Origin: Hyphomonadaceae bacterium
Lineage (GTDB): Bacteria > Pseudomonadota > Alphaproteobacteria > Caulobacterales > Aquidulcibacteraceae
Direction of reading: 5' to 3'
DNA length: 64,000 nt
Assembly: GCA_050184605.1 (NCBI GenBank)
Contig: JBFXAE010000004.1
Coordinates: 217,723 to 281,722, forward strand
Of this stretch, positions 20,866 to 31,243 are shown piece by piece. Both the position numbers and the translations under genes were made by a program. The stretch's first letter is position 1. Each line of letters starts with the position of its first letter. Below the pieces are notes generated by a model. The model did no database searches. It was not told the origin of the DNA and was given only the letters and a program-made list of their open reading frames with translations.

Positions 20866-21339
20866 TCAGAGGTACTTCACCTTGGTAATTTCGTACGACT
20901 TCGGCCCGCCTGGCGCCATGACCTCGACGACGTCGCCTTCCTCTTTGCCGATCAGCGCGCGCGCGATCGGGGAGGTGATCGAGATCTTGCCGCCCTTCAC
21001 GTCGGACTCGTCTTCACCGACGATCTTGTATTTGGCCTTCGCGCCGGAATCCTCGTCTAGCAGGTTCACGGTCGCGCCGAATTTCACCTGCTTGCCCGAG
21101 AGCTTCGAGACATCGATGATCTGAGCCCGGGCGATTTTGTCCTCAAGCTCGGCCACCCGGCCTTCGATGAAGGCCTGGCGCTCTTTCGCCGCATGGTATT
21201 CGGCGTTCTCGGAGAGGTCGCCGTGGGCGCGCGCCTCTGCGATCGCCTGGATTACCGCCGGGCGCTCTTCGGTCTTAAGACGTTTTAGCTCTGCGTCGAG
21301 GGCGGCGTAACCCTCGGCGGTCATTGGTATTTTTTCCAT
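20866..21339 (-). CDS. greA: Transcription elongation factor GreA
   Basis: [42 protein letters not shown] is the canonical GreA N-terminal coiled coil. Confidence 0.95.
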   Translation of the reverse strand: MEKIPMTAEGYAALDAELKRLKTEERPAVIQAIAEARAHGDLSENAEYHAAKERQAFIEGRVAELEDKIARAQIIDVSKLSGKQVKFGATVNLLDEDSGAKAKYKIVGEDESDVKGGKISITSPIARALIGKEEGDVVEVMAPGGPKSYEITKVKYL

Positions 21340-21396
21340 GGGGGTGTGTAAAAGTCCGTCTAGGAAATGAGAATCTGTGTCCGATCCGGCCCGGCG

Positions 21397-24300
21397 TCAA
21401 GCATAGGCCTGAAGGGCTCGAACGCCTAGGGGCGCCCCGGCTTTGAGCAACCGGATGGCCTGGATGGCCGCCCGCGCGCCGGAAACAGTCGTATAATAGG
21501 GAATGTTCTGCACCAGCGCCGTGCGACGGATTGAATAGCTGTCCCGATAGGATTGGGCGCCCTCGGTTGTGTTGAAGACCAGCTGAACCTCGCCGTTCTT
21601 CATGGCGTCAACGATGTGGGGGCGGCCTTCGGCGACCTTGTTGGTCTTCTGGACCTCGATCCCTTTGCTGCTGAGGTAATCGGCGGTGCCGCCGGTCGCC
21701 ATCACGCGGAAGCCCAGCTCGATCAGGTCCTTGGCGACTGGTACGAGCGCCGGCTTGTCGGCGTTCTTCACCGAGATGAAGCAGCAGCCTTCGACGGGCA
21801 GATTGATGCCAGAGGCGATCTGGCTCTTGGCGAAGGCGGCGACGAAGCTTTCGTCGAGACCCATGACCTCGCCGGTCGAGCGCATTTCCGGGCCGAGTAC
21901 CGGATCGACGCCGGGGAAGCGCGCGAACGGAAAGACGGCTTCCTTCACAGCAACATGCTTCTTCGAGGGCCGGTCTAGCTTCAGCTCCTTCAGCTTCACG
22001 CCGGCCATGACTTTTGCCGCGGCCGCCGCGATCGGGCGATTGATCGCCTTCGCCACGAACGGGGCGGTGCGCGAGGCGCGCGGGTTGGCTTCGAGGATGA
22101 AAATCTCGTCGTCCTTCACCGCGAACTGAATGTTGATCAGGCCGCGGACGTCGAGCGCAAGCGCGAGCTTCTTCGTCTGCGTCTCAATCTCGTCGACCAG
22201 CTTTTTTGGCAGTGAGTAGGGCGGCAGCGCGCAGGCGCTATCGCCCGAGTGCACGCCGGCTTCCTCGATGTGCTCCATGACGCCGGCGACGAACACATCG
22301 TCGCCGTCGCAGATGGCGTCGACATCGACTTCGATGGCGTCGCGCAGATAGCGATCCACGAGCAGGGGTTTCTTTTCTGAAACTGCGAGCTCGGTCGGTC
22401 CGCCGAGTGCGCGGGAGACACGTGCGATGTATTCGTCCAGCTCGCCCTCGTTGTGCACGATCTGCATGGCGAGCCCGCCGAGGACGTAGGAGGGGCGCAG
22501 CATCACCGGATAGCCGATTTTTGCGGCGCCGGCGCGCGCGGCGTCGGGCGATGGCGCGATGGTGTTTTCCGGTTGCTTCAGGCCAATCTTGCGCAGGAGC
22601 GCCTGGAAGCGATCGCGGTCTTCGGCCAGATCGATGGCGTCGACGCTGGTGCCGAGGATCGGCGCGCCTTCGTCAGCCAGCGGTTGAGCGAGTTTCAGCG
22701 GTGTTTGACCGCCGAACTGCACGATCAGGCCTTGAACCGTACCGCGCGACTTCTCCGTCTCGACGATTTCGAGAACGTCTTCGGTTGTCAGCGGCTCGAA
22801 GTAGAGGCGGTCCGAAGTGTCGTAGTCGGTCGAAACCGTCTCCGGATTGCAATTGACCATGATCGACTCGACGCCGATCTCCGCACACGCGAACGCGGCG
22901 TGGCAGCAGCAATAATCGAACTCGATGCCCTGGCCGATACGGTTCGGCCCGCCGCCGAGGATGATGATCTTGTTGCGGTCGCTCGGATCCGCCTCGCAAT
23001 CGGCGACATCGGAGCCGTAAGCCGGAAACTCATACGTCGAATACATATACGGCGTCGTCGCGCGGAATTCGGCGGCGCAGCTATCGATGCGCTTGAACTG
23101 CGGGCGTACGCCGAGTTTGCGCCGCGCCGCGCGCACGTCGCGTTCACGTTGGCCGGTGAGCTTGGCGAGGCGCGCATCGGAGAAGCCTTGCGCCTTCAGC
23201 GCGCGGAACGCGACGGCGTCCTTCGGCAGCCCATTGGCGCGGATTTCCGCTTCTTTCTCGATGATTTCAGCGATCTGGCGCACGAACCACGGATCGAAGT
23301 GCGATGCCGCGCAGATCTCCTCGACGCTCAGCCCGCGGCGCAGCGCTTCAGCGCAAACAAGCAAGCGATCGGATTTCGGCGTCACCAGGCGCGCGCGCAC
23401 GGCGGCGCGGCCGTTGTCTTCATCCGACGCGCCTTCGATGTCGATCTCGTCCAAGCCGGTGAGGCCGGTGTCGAGCGAGCGCAGCGCCTTTTGCAGCGAT
23501 TCCTGGAAGGTTCGCCCGATCGCCATCGCTTCGCCGACTGACTTCATCGACGTGGTGAGCGTCGTGTCCGAGCCTTGGAAGCGTTCGAACGCAAAGCGGG
23601 GGATCTTGGTGACGACGTAGTCGATCGTCGGCTCGAAGCTCGCCGGCATCGCGCCGCCGGTGATGTCGTTGGCGATTTCGTCGAGCGTGTAGCCGATTGC
23701 GCACTTGGCGGCGACTTTCGCGATCGGAAAGCCGGTGGCCTTCGAGGCTAGCGCCGAACTCCGCGACACACGCGGGTTCATTTCGATAACCACCATGCGG
23801 CCGTTTGCAGGATTCGCGGCGAACTGCACGTTGGAACCGCCGGTCTCGACGCCGATCTCGCGCAGCACCGCGATCGAAGCGTTGCGCATGATCTGATATT
23901 CGCGATCCGTCAGCGTCAGCGCCGGCGCCACGGTGATCGAGTCGCCCGTGTGCACGCCCATCGGATCGATGTTCTCGATCGAGCAGACGATGATGCAATT
24001 ATCCGCGCGGTCGCGGACGACCTCCATCTCGTATTCTTTCCAGCCGATGATGCTTTCTTCGACCAGAATTTCCGAGATTGGCGAAGCGGAGAGGCCGCGC
24101 TCAACGATCTCTTTGAACTCTTCCAGATTGTAGGCCACGCCGCCGCCCAGGCCGCCAAGCGTCAGCGATGGGCGAATGATCGAAGGCAGCTGCACGTGTT
24201 CAAGCGCCTCTAGCGCTTGCTCCATCGTGTTGACCAAACGCGAGCGCGGGCTCTCAAGCCCGATCTTATCCATTGCATCGCGGAACTTCATCCGGTGCTC

Positions 24301-24678
24301 GGCCTTCTCGATCACGTCGGCCTTCGCGCCAATCATCTCGACGCCGTGCTTGGCCAACACGCCGGTACGCTCCAACGTCAGCGCACAGTTCAATGCCGTT
24401 TGTCCGCCCATTGTCGGCAGCAGCGCGTCCGGCTTTTCCTTCTCGATGATCTTTTCGACCGTCTCGGGCGTGATCGGCTCGATGTAGGTCGCGTGCGCTA
24501 GCCCCGGATCGGTCATGATCGTCGCCGGGTTCGAGTTCACGAGGATGACGCGATAGCCCTCGGCCTTCAGCACCTTCACGGCCTGAACGCCGGAATAATC
24601 GAACTCGCACGCCTGGCCGATAATGATCGGCCCGGCCCCAATGATCAGGATCGAGTTGATGTCTGTACGTTTCGGCAT
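21397..24678 (-). CDS. carB: Carbamoyl-phosphate synthase large subunit
   Basis: Trimmed to [30 protein letters not shown]. Duplicated ATP-grasp halves and an MGS-like C-terminus. Confidence 0.97.
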   Translation of the reverse strand: MPKRTDINSILIIGAGPIIIGQACEFDYSGVQAVKVLKAEGYRVILVNSNPATIMTDPGLAHATYIEPITPETVEKIIEKEKPDALLPTMGGQTALNCALTLERTGVLAKHGVEMIGAKADVIEKAEHRMKFRDAMDKIGLESPRSRLVNTMEQALEALEHVQLPSIIRPSLTLGGLGGGVAYNLEEFKEIVERGLSASPISEILVEESIIGWKEYEMEVVRDRADNCIIVCSIENIDPMGVHTGDSITVAPALTLTDREYQIMRNASIAVLREIGVETGGSNVQFAANPANGRMVVIEMNPRVSRSSALASKATGFPIAKVAAKCAIGYTLDEIANDITGGAMPASFEPTIDYVVTKIPRFAFERFQGSDTTLTTSMKSVGEAMAIGRTFQESLQKALRSLDTGLTGLDEIDIEGASDEDNGRAAVRARLVTPKSDRLLVCAEALRRGLSVEEICAASHFDPWFVRQIAEIIEKEAEIRANGLPKDAVAFRALKAQGFSDARLAKLTGQRERDVRAARRKLGVRPQFKRIDSCAAEFRATTPYMYSTYEFPAYGSDVADCEADPSDRNKIIILGGGPNRIGQGIEFDYCCCHAAFACAEIGVESIMVNCNPETVSTDYDTSDRLYFEPLTTEDVLEIVETEKSRGTVQGLIVQFGGQTPLKLAQPLADEGAPILGTSVDAIDLAEDRDRFQALLRKIGLKQPENTIAPSPDAARAGAAKIGYPVMLRPSYVLGGLAMQIVHNEGELDEYIARVSRALGGPTELAVSEKKPLLVDRYLRDAIEVDVDAICDGDDVFVAGVMEHIEEAGVHSGDSACALPPYSLPKKLVDEIETQTKKLALALDVRGLINIQFAVKDDEIFILEANPRASRTAPFVAKAINRPIAAAAAKVMAGVKLKELKLDRPSKKHVAVKEAVFPFARFPGVDPVLGPEMRSTGEVMGLDESFVAAFAKSQIASGINLPVEGCCFISVKNADKPALVPVAKDLIELGFRVMATGGTADYLSSKGIEVQKTNKVAEGRPHIVDAMKNGEVQLVFNTTEGAQSYRDSYSIRRTALVQNIPYYTTVSGARAAIQAIRLLKAGAPLGVRALQAYA

Positions 24679-24810
24679 GCGTCTCCGCCCGCGTTCAGCG
24701 GCCAAGAATCGATCCATTCAGCGGATCGCGCGTGCTTAAGCCCCTGGGCCCTGCCGTGCAAGGGCAGGGCAGCCTTACGTTGCTGCAACCGCCCCTGCAC
24801 GTTCCCGTCC

Positions 24811-25689
24811 TCAGACGGTCGCGGCCTTGTGTGGCCGCAACGCCGCCACCACCAACAGTCCGATCGCCAGTGCGAGATAGCCGCCGATGCCGACGATGCC
24901 GTTCCACGGGAATGTCGGATTGGAGATGGCGGCGATGGTCAGGCCGCCGAGGGCGTTGAACATGCCGTGGAAAAGACCGGCGCTCCACACGGAGTTCGTA
25001 CGGTCGCGGATCAGCGTCATCAGCGGCGACAGCAGCATGCAGAAGATCACAAACAGCCCGACACCCATGAGGCGATCGTTCGGATCGGGATAGTTGTGGC
25101 CGACGAGATAGATCATCGGCGCGTGCCAGAAGCCCCACACCAGGCCTGTGCCCAGCGACGCGCGCCAGAAGCCGGCGGGGCGCCACAGATGATGCAGATA
25201 ACCGCGCCAGCCGAGTTCTTCGGTGAAGGTGAGGATAAGCCAGTTCACCAAACCACCGACGACAATCGACATGCCGATGATGAACGCTGTGCTCAGAACG
25301 AAGGGCGGGACCTGAGAAAGATCCTGACCTTGCGCCTCCGCGGCGGCGGCGGCTGAGGTTCCGATGTCGACATAGGTGCGATCCGAAAGCGCCAGCGTAA
25401 GCGCGACTGAACCGGCGGCAAGCGCGATCGGCGCCAGCCACGCGACCATCCACCACCAGCTCCAGCGTCCGCCAAGGCCGAGCGCTTTCACGCGCTGCCC
25501 CTTCTCGAAGGCAAAGGCGCAGATCAGGGCCGCGACGGTTGGGCCTACCATGGAGATGCCGAGCAGGAGCACCGCCGTTTGCGGCGATTGCTCGTGCAGA
25601 CCCATGCTCCAGCCAGTGATCACGATGGCCCAGGTCACCGCGTAGGCGATCGCCAGGAAAATTATGGACTTCGCAGTCGTGGACATCAT
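24811..25689 (-). CDS. CPBP-family intramembrane glutamic endopeptidase (CAAX/Abi-type)
   Basis: TEELGWRGY (EExxxR), FWHAP and HGMFN motifs in a polytopic membrane protein. Confidence 0.8.
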   Translation of the reverse strand: MMSTTAKSIIFLAIAYAVTWAIVITGWSMGLHEQSPQTAVLLLGISMVGPTVAALICAFAFEKGQRVKALGLGGRWSWWWMVAWLAPIALAAGSVALTLALSDRTYVDIGTSAAAAAEAQGQDLSQVPPFVLSTAFIIGMSIVVGGLVNWLILTFTEELGWRGYLHHLWRPAGFWRASLGTGLVWGFWHAPMIYLVGHNYPDPNDRLMGVGLFVIFCMLLSPLMTLIRDRTNSVWSAGLFHGMFNALGGLTIAAISNPTFPWNGIVGIGGYLALAIGLLVVAALRPHKAATV

Positions 25690-25877
25690 TCACCCCCGTC
25701 TTTGTCGTTGCCAGTTGTCGTTTCCCCAAGCTTCACGCCTCTGGCGCGCAGCGCTTCGCGCAGCAGGAATTCGATCTCGGCGTTGACGCTGCGCAGTTCT
25801 GCGCTCGCTAGTCTGGCGACGGCGTCGTGGAGCGCGGGATCAAGTCTGAGCGCGAAAGCTTTGCGGTCGGACGCCAT
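25686..25877 (-). CDS. Arc/MetJ-type ribbon-helix-helix DNA-binding protein
   Basis: KAFALRLDPALHDAVARLASAELRSVNAEIEFLLREAL shows the Arc-like beta-alpha-alpha pattern. It overlaps the CPBP start by 4 bp. Confidence 0.7.
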   Translation of the reverse strand: MASDRKAFALRLDPALHDAVARLASAELRSVNAEIEFLLREALRARGVKLGETTTGNDKDGGE

Positions 25878-25885
25878 CAGCTCCT

Positions 25886-26776
25886 CTATTGATAGAGCGA
25901 ACCTGCGTTCACGACCGGTTGCGCGTCGCGATCGCCGCAGAGCACGACCAAAAGATTGGACACCATCGTGGCGCGGCGTTCGTCGTCGAGCTTGACGATA
26001 TCGCGCTCATTGAGCTGATCGAGCGCGTGCTGCACCATCTCGACGGCGCCTTGCACGATGTAGCGGCGCGCGGCGAGCACAGCTTCGGCTTGCTGGCGAC
26101 GCAACATGGCGCTGGCGATTTCCGGCGCATAGGCGAGGTGGCTCAGCTTGCTTTCGTCGACCACCACGCCGGCGACCGCGACGCGTTCCTGCAGCTTCTC
26201 GCGCAGCAAATTCGACACCTGATCGGCATCGCCGCGCAGAGTGGGCTCGTCATCTTCGGCATGGTCATACGAGAAGTGCGAAGCGATCTCGCGCACTGCG
26301 GTTTCGATCTGGATGTCGACGAAGGTCTGATATTCGTCGACATCGAACAGCGCTTGCGCCGTGTCGGTGACGCGCCAGACCACGACAGCCGCGATCTCGA
26401 TCGGATTGCCGCGCTTGTCGTTAACTTTGAGCTTTTCGCCGGTGACGTTGCGGACGCGCAGGCTGATCTTCTTGCGCGAATACCAGGGCAGCACCCAGCG
26501 GAGACCCGGCTGGCGGTCGGTGCCTTTGTAGTTGCCGAAGAGCGTGATCGCCGCGCCTTCGTTTGGCTGCAGCGTGTAGAAGCCGCAGATCACCAGGGTG
26601 AAGGCTAGCGACAGCACCAAAACGGACGTGAGAGTCGCGCCGCTTTCGTAGCGGATGAGCTCGATCACCATCCACACCAGCGCCACCAGCAGCAGAAGGC
26701 TGACCAGCAGCATCAGCCCACCATTGGACGTATTGGCTTTGCGTTCTTGCGTCCGATTCAACTCAACTGCGGCCAT
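25886..26776 (-). CDS. SPFH/band-7 domain membrane protein
   Basis: N-terminal TM helices followed by an SPFH-domain pattern. The start is taken as the ATG at 26776 (SD AGAGGG); the alternative is 26791. Confidence 0.8.
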   Translation of the reverse strand: MAAVELNRTQERKANTSNGGLMLLVSLLLLVALVWMVIELIRYESGATLTSVLVLSLAFTLVICGFYTLQPNEGAAITLFGNYKGTDRQPGLRWVLPWYSRKKISLRVRNVTGEKLKVNDKRGNPIEIAAVVVWRVTDTAQALFDVDEYQTFVDIQIETAVREIASHFSYDHAEDDEPTLRGDADQVSNLLREKLQERVAVAGVVVDESKLSHLAYAPEIASAMLRRQQAEAVLAARRYIVQGAVEMVQHALDQLNERDIVKLDDERRATMVSNLLVVLCGDRDAQPVVNAGSLYQ

Positions 26777-26797
26777 GACATACCCTCTCATGCCATC

Positions 26798-26813
26798 AAA
26801 GTGATATCACTTT
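26798..26813. promoter_or_regulatory. Perfect 16-bp palindrome upstream of the SPFH-RHH-CPBP operon (candidate operator)
   Basis: AAAGTGATATCACTTT, 22 bp upstream of the ATG at 26776. Confidence 0.45.
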
Positions 26814-26934
26814 AATAGCAAAAAGTTCCCTGGCGCAAGCGAAATCGGCGTCGTTCACCATGCTTCCAAAGCCGGTGTTAAGCGCAATCTGATACCCCAG
26901 ACCATCGGCTAAGGGTCCGTTTTTGAGGCGGAAA

Positions 26935-28764
26935 ATGGTTATCGGGCGGTTCACCAAGAAGCGTACGACGCGTGCGATGCTGCACGATCGCGCGGGCAAC
27001 GTGGCGATGATGTGGGCGCTGATGGGCACGGTGCTGATCGGCTTGGTCGGTCTGACGGTGGATTTCACCCGCGCTCAGGGCATCCGCAACGCCATGCAGA
27101 ACGCCGCCGATGGCGCGGCGCTGGTGGCTGAGCGCAGCTCGAACCAATCCATGGCCGCGCGCACCGCCGCGGCGCGCGCGTTCTTCGATGCCGAGATCGG
27201 CGACATGATCTCCGGCGTGACGTTCACCGTCACACAATTGGCGGATGGCGGACACCGCGTCGATGTCTCGGCGCCCATGCCCATGAGCTTGGCGCGCATC
27301 ATCAGTGACGATCCCTGGAACATCGCGGTCGTCGCCGAGGCGCAGGCCAACGCGAGCCCGCCGATCGAAGTGGCGCTGGTGCTCGACAACACCGGCTCGA
27401 TGTCGAACGACATGCAGGCGTTGCGCGATGCCGCCAGCGATCTCGTCGACGATTTGCTTTCGCTGGACGGCGACACCGTGCGCGTGGCGCTCGTTCCATT
27501 CGTGGCGCAAGTGAACATCGGCAACAGCCAGGCTCACATGGCTTGGATGGATACGGCCGGCAACGCCGCCTATAACGGCGAGATCCTGGAAGATCGTGCG
27601 ATCGCTTACCGCACTTGGCAATCAAGCTTCGGCAACAATTGTCAGAATCTCTCGACGCTCCCGTTCACAGGATACAGTGGTCCTTACCGGATCACTTGGC
27701 GGCGCGGCGATGCTTCTGTGCTTGGTTCTCTGTTTGGCAGTTCAGGGGGCCAATCAAGTCGTTGCTACGCATGGACGCCGGAAGATGGCATCAATCATTT
27801 CGAGTTGTTCAATCTGATTTCGAATGAAACCTGGAAAGGTTGCGTCGAAGCGCGTCCGGAACCTTACGACGTCAACGACGCGACGCCGACGCCGAGCAAC
27901 CCGGACACGATGTTTGTGCCGTTCTTCTGGGTCGATACAGTCGATGGCATCAGCGGCTTGTCGTCGTCAAACTCTTACATCACCGACAGCCAGGGCAATA
28001 TTTCGGGCGCGACTATGAGCACGCGCATGGCGTCGGGTAGCACGACGACAGGCGAGCGCGCGCAAGCGCAAACCTTCAACCCGTTCAAGTATCGCAACAA
28101 CACTGCCTCGATTGATACCACCGCGCCTACCACGCGCGGTCCGAACCGCGGGTGTCCAACCCCGATCGTGCCGCTGACCACGAACAGGGCGACGATGCAA
28201 GCCGCGGTCGCCGGGATGCAACACTGGAATGGCGGCGGCACCAATCAGGCTGAAGGCTTGGCTTGGGGCTGGCGTGTACTCTCGCCAAACGCGCCATTCA
28301 CAGAAGGCGAAGCGTTCAACGCCGCGCGCGACAACGTCCGCAAAGTCATCGTGCTGATGTCGGACGGCGAGAACACCAACGTCGGCTCCGACCCGGTGCT
28401 GGATAGTGATTACTCGGCCTACAATCATTTGGGCGTGTGGACTGAACTCGCGGATGGCGGCAATTTGGGGCAGCTCGTAAGCGGCATCGTGCGCGGCATT
28501 CTCGCGCCGCAATATCGTCGCAACATCACTTCGTCCGGTAGCTACGTCACCTACGTCAACAACCGCCAGCGCCAAGTCTGCGATAACATCAAGGCGGCCG
28601 GCATCGAGATCTACGTCGTGCGCTTCCGCAATGGCGACGACAGCGTCATGCGCTACTGCGCCTCCGGCGATGATCACTATTTCAACGCCAACAATGCCAG
28701 CGAACTCGCCGCGGCATTTGACGCTATCGGCACCGGCATCGGCGCGCTGCGCCTGACGCGCTAA
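26935..28764 (+). CDS. TadG-like pilus-assembly/vWA-domain protein
   Basis: N-terminal TadE/G-like segment (GNVAMMWALMGTVLIGLVGLTVDFTRA) and a vWA MIDAS-like motif (LVLDNTGSM). ATG at 26935 with GAGG SD. No other tad genes are nearby. Confidence 0.7.
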   Translation: MVIGRFTKKRTTRAMLHDRAGNVAMMWALMGTVLIGLVGLTVDFTRAQGIRNAMQNAADGAALVAERSSNQSMAARTAAARAFFDAEIGDMISGVTFTVTQLADGGHRVDVSAPMPMSLARIISDDPWNIAVVAEAQANASPPIEVALVLDNTGSMSNDMQALRDAASDLVDDLLSLDGDTVRVALVPFVAQVNIGNSQAHMAWMDTAGNAAYNGEILEDRAIAYRTWQSSFGNNCQNLSTLPFTGYSGPYRITWRRGDASVLGSLFGSSGGQSSRCYAWTPEDGINHFELFNLISNETWKGCVEARPEPYDVNDATPTPSNPDTMFVPFFWVDTVDGISGLSSSNSYITDSQGNISGATMSTRMASGSTTTGERAQAQTFNPFKYRNNTASIDTTAPTTRGPNRGCPTPIVPLTTNRATMQAAVAGMQHWNGGGTNQAEGLAWGWRVLSPNAPFTEGEAFNAARDNVRKVIVLMSDGENTNVGSDPVLDSDYSAYNHLGVWTELADGGNLGQLVSGIVRGILAPQYRRNITSSGSYVTYVNNRQRQVCDNIKAAGIEIYVVRFRNGDDSVMRYCASGDDHYFNANNASELAAAFDAIGTGIGALRLTR

Positions 28765-28784
28765 AGAGGGCGGCGGCCCTAGGC

Positions 28785-30464
28785 CTATTGCGGCGCTTGG
28801 AAGTTCACGGCGATGCGTGTCGATGAACCCACCGCGCTTGAGCCGTCGGACAGTGTGGCGCGGGCGCGATAGGAGTTGGCGGCGCTGAGCGCGGCGCGCC
28901 CGAAGCCCGCGCCTGACGGTGTCTCGGACGCAACCGAGCAGCTGACCGAGAGATCGCCAAGCACGCGGCAATCCAGCACGACACGGCCGCCGACCCCGTC
29001 ATTCAACGCCGAACGCGGATAAAGATCCGCGATACGGCGCGACGAAGGACGTTGCGCCCAGACGACAGTCCCGGTCGGGGGACGTTGAGCTTGTTGTGGC
29101 GTGGCTGAGCCGAGGATCGATGGCTCGACGTTCGCGGTCTGCGGCGCGGCCGGCGATGGGCCGAGCGGCACGACGTTGCCTTGGATGGAATTCGGAGAGA
29201 GCGGCACCGGCCCACTGTTCGGTGCGGCGGCGTTGTTATTGGGATTGGCGGCGGTTTGCTGCGGCTCGCGGCGCGGCTGCTCGCGCTCGACAGTGCGCTG
29301 CGGCTCTTCGCGGGTGGCGCGCTGTGGTTGCTCGCGCTCACTGCGCGCCGCCTGCGTCTGCCGGTCGGGGCGGTTGGTCACCGCTTGCGAGAGCGGCACG
29401 CTCGGCGCTTCTTCGAGTTCAGAGAACTCCTCGCCGCCGGCGGTTTCTTCAATCGGCGCGGCTTGCGTTTCGAGCGCTTGCTCAGTCGCCGGCGGCGTGC
29501 CCATGCCGCCGCCAAAATAGAGGCCGCCGAAGAGAGCCGCACCGCCAAGCAGTGCAATCAAGACAAAGGCGCGCAGCGGTCCGCCTTGGCCTTTCGGCGG
29601 ATCGCGCAGATCGCGCGTGTAGTCGCGATCGATGGGCGGACGCCGCGAAGGTTGAAGCGGCGGGTCAAGGCGGCGTTGCGTTGGCGGCAGCGCACCGTCG
29701 CGGCGCGGTGGCGGATCGGCGCGGCGCGGCGCTTCGGCGCGCGGCGCCGGTTGGCGAACAGTGGGACGCGGCGGCGCTGCGGGCGCCTCGCCCGGGCCGG
29801 TCAGCTGTTTCAAGCGGAGTTCGGCGACTTCGGAGAACGCGCCATCGGGGCCGTAGCGAGCCAGATAATCCATGAAGTCCGCCGGATTGCGGCTGTCGCG
29901 GATCGCGCGCCAGTGCTCCGCCTCCGAACCCAGCGGATCGGATGACGGTGGTACGCGATAGCTTTGCGGCGGCTCCGGCGGCGCGCGATATTGCGGCTCT
30001 TGCCGGCGCGGCGGCGGTTCAGCCTGGATCGCCGTGCGGCGTGGCGGGGGCGGGGGATCGTAATCGCGGCTTTCGCGCTGCGTTGCTCCGACGCCGGCGC
30101 GCGCTGCGTTCACCATGCGGTCGACGGCGAAGAAGAGCGGATCGAGCGCGGGATCGTTGGGATCGCCATCCCAGCGCGAGAGGTCAAAAGCAGGGGACTC
30201 GCCGATACTTGAGGGCGGCGGCGGTTCTATCAGGCTCGCGACCACCGCCTTGTTGGCGTTGATCACGCGCTGGGCCGCATCGAGGAATGGCCGAGAGCGG
30301 ATCGAGGCCTGCGACCAGACGACGACGCCGGCGCCGCTCGAACGCAGCGCGCCGTCGCTCGAAGGCGCTCCACCAATTGAGAAACCGGCAGCCTCGAACA
30401 TGTCCGCAAGCGCCTTAGCCTGCGGTTCGTCCTCGCGGACACAAACTATGAGTACGTCCGCCAT
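28785..30464 (-). CDS. TIR-like domain / Pro-rich linker / TM / TonB C-terminal domain fusion protein
   Basis: The N-terminal ADVLIVCVREDEPQAKALADMFEAAGFSI..VVVWSQASIRSRPFLDAAQRV resembles TIR_2. It has one TM helix (LRAFVLIALLGGAALFGGLYFGG). The C-terminal YPRSALNDGVGGRVVLDCRV..GFGRAALSAANSYRA resembles TonB_C. SD AGGAGA. Confidence 0.6.
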   Translation of the reverse strand: MADVLIVCVREDEPQAKALADMFEAAGFSIGGAPSSDGALRSSGAGVVVWSQASIRSRPFLDAAQRVINANKAVVASLIEPPPPSSIGESPAFDLSRWDGDPNDPALDPLFFAVDRMVNAARAGVGATQRESRDYDPPPPPRRTAIQAEPPPRRQEPQYRAPPEPPQSYRVPPSSDPLGSEAEHWRAIRDSRNPADFMDYLARYGPDGAFSEVAELRLKQLTGPGEAPAAPPRPTVRQPAPRAEAPRRADPPPRRDGALPPTQRRLDPPLQPSRRPPIDRDYTRDLRDPPKGQGGPLRAFVLIALLGGAALFGGLYFGGGMGTPPATEQALETQAAPIEETAGGEEFSELEEAPSVPLSQAVTNRPDRQTQAARSEREQPQRATREEPQRTVEREQPRREPQQTAANPNNNAAAPNSGPVPLSPNSIQGNVVPLGPSPAAPQTANVEPSILGSATPQQAQRPPTGTVVWAQRPSSRRIADLYPRSALNDGVGGRVVLDCRVLGDLSVSCSVASETPSGAGFGRAALSAANSYRARATLSDGSSAVGSSTRIAVNFQAPQ

Positions 30465-30563
30465 GACGTCTCCTGCGCCCCGTGCCAGTCACCACCGTGA
30501 CCGGGATACCACGGAACAAAAGTCATGCCACCCGGCTACGCGCGGCAATACTGTGAATTCGCG

Positions 30564-31169
30564 TCAAAGCACCGGCTCAAAGGCGCCCGTCGCAGTATTC
30601 AACAGTTCAAGCCCGCCGTCCGCCACGCCGTAGCGCATGCCAACAAGGTTAAGCCCTCGCGTCTTGATTGCATCCTGAACGAACGGAAATGTGGCGAGGT
30701 TCTCCAGGGTGACGCGGATGCTTTCGTGCTCAAGCTTCGTGAGCCGGTCACCGTCTGGCGGGATGCGGGACTTGGCGGTGTCGAGGAGGCTGATCCAGGC
30801 GTCCAGGAACGAGTGCGGATCGCGCGCGCGCTCTTCCAGGGCTGCCGCGCAGCCGCCGCATTGGGCGTGCCCCAGCACCAGCACGGTATCGACCTTCAGG
30901 TGCTTCACCGCGAACTCGATGGCGGCGCTGACCCCATGAAATCCGGGCGCCTCTTCAAAGGGCGGAGCGAGGTTTGCGACGTTGCGCACAACGAAAAGCT
31001 CGCCGGGGCCGGCGTTGAAGATGGTCGCCGGATCCACGCGGCTGTCCGCGCAAGCAATAACGAGCGTCCGCGGCGCCTGTCCGCGGTCGGCGAGATATCT
31101 GTGCAGGCTCCGCAGCTCGGGCCAGCGCGTTTCCCGGTAGATCCGGTAGCCTTCGATCAGATGCTCCAT
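30564..31169 (-). CDS. can: Beta-class carbonic anhydrase
   Basis: Zinc ligand motifs CADSR and HAQCGG. Confidence 0.9.
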   Translation of the reverse strand: MEHLIEGYRIYRETRWPELRSLHRYLADRGQAPRTLVIACADSRVDPATIFNAGPGELFVVRNVANLAPPFEEAPGFHGVSAAIEFAVKHLKVDTVLVLGHAQCGGCAAALEERARDPHSFLDAWISLLDTAKSRIPPDGDRLTKLEHESIRVTLENLATFPFVQDAIKTRGLNLVGMRYGVADGGLELLNTATGAFEPVL

Positions 31170-31243
31170 GCGCGCCCTTCAAGCGAACCTGCTTGGCCAC
31201 GTCAACCAGGCGCGCAATCTGCTAAGCGTCCGGAGGGGGAGCC

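Noticed and set aside
24695-25729. 344-aa alternative minus-strand frame over the CPBP gene.
   Set aside because: The frame at 24811-25689 carries the CPBP EExxxR / FxxxH / HxxxN motifs and TM helices. This frame is Arg/Gly-rich and has no motifs.
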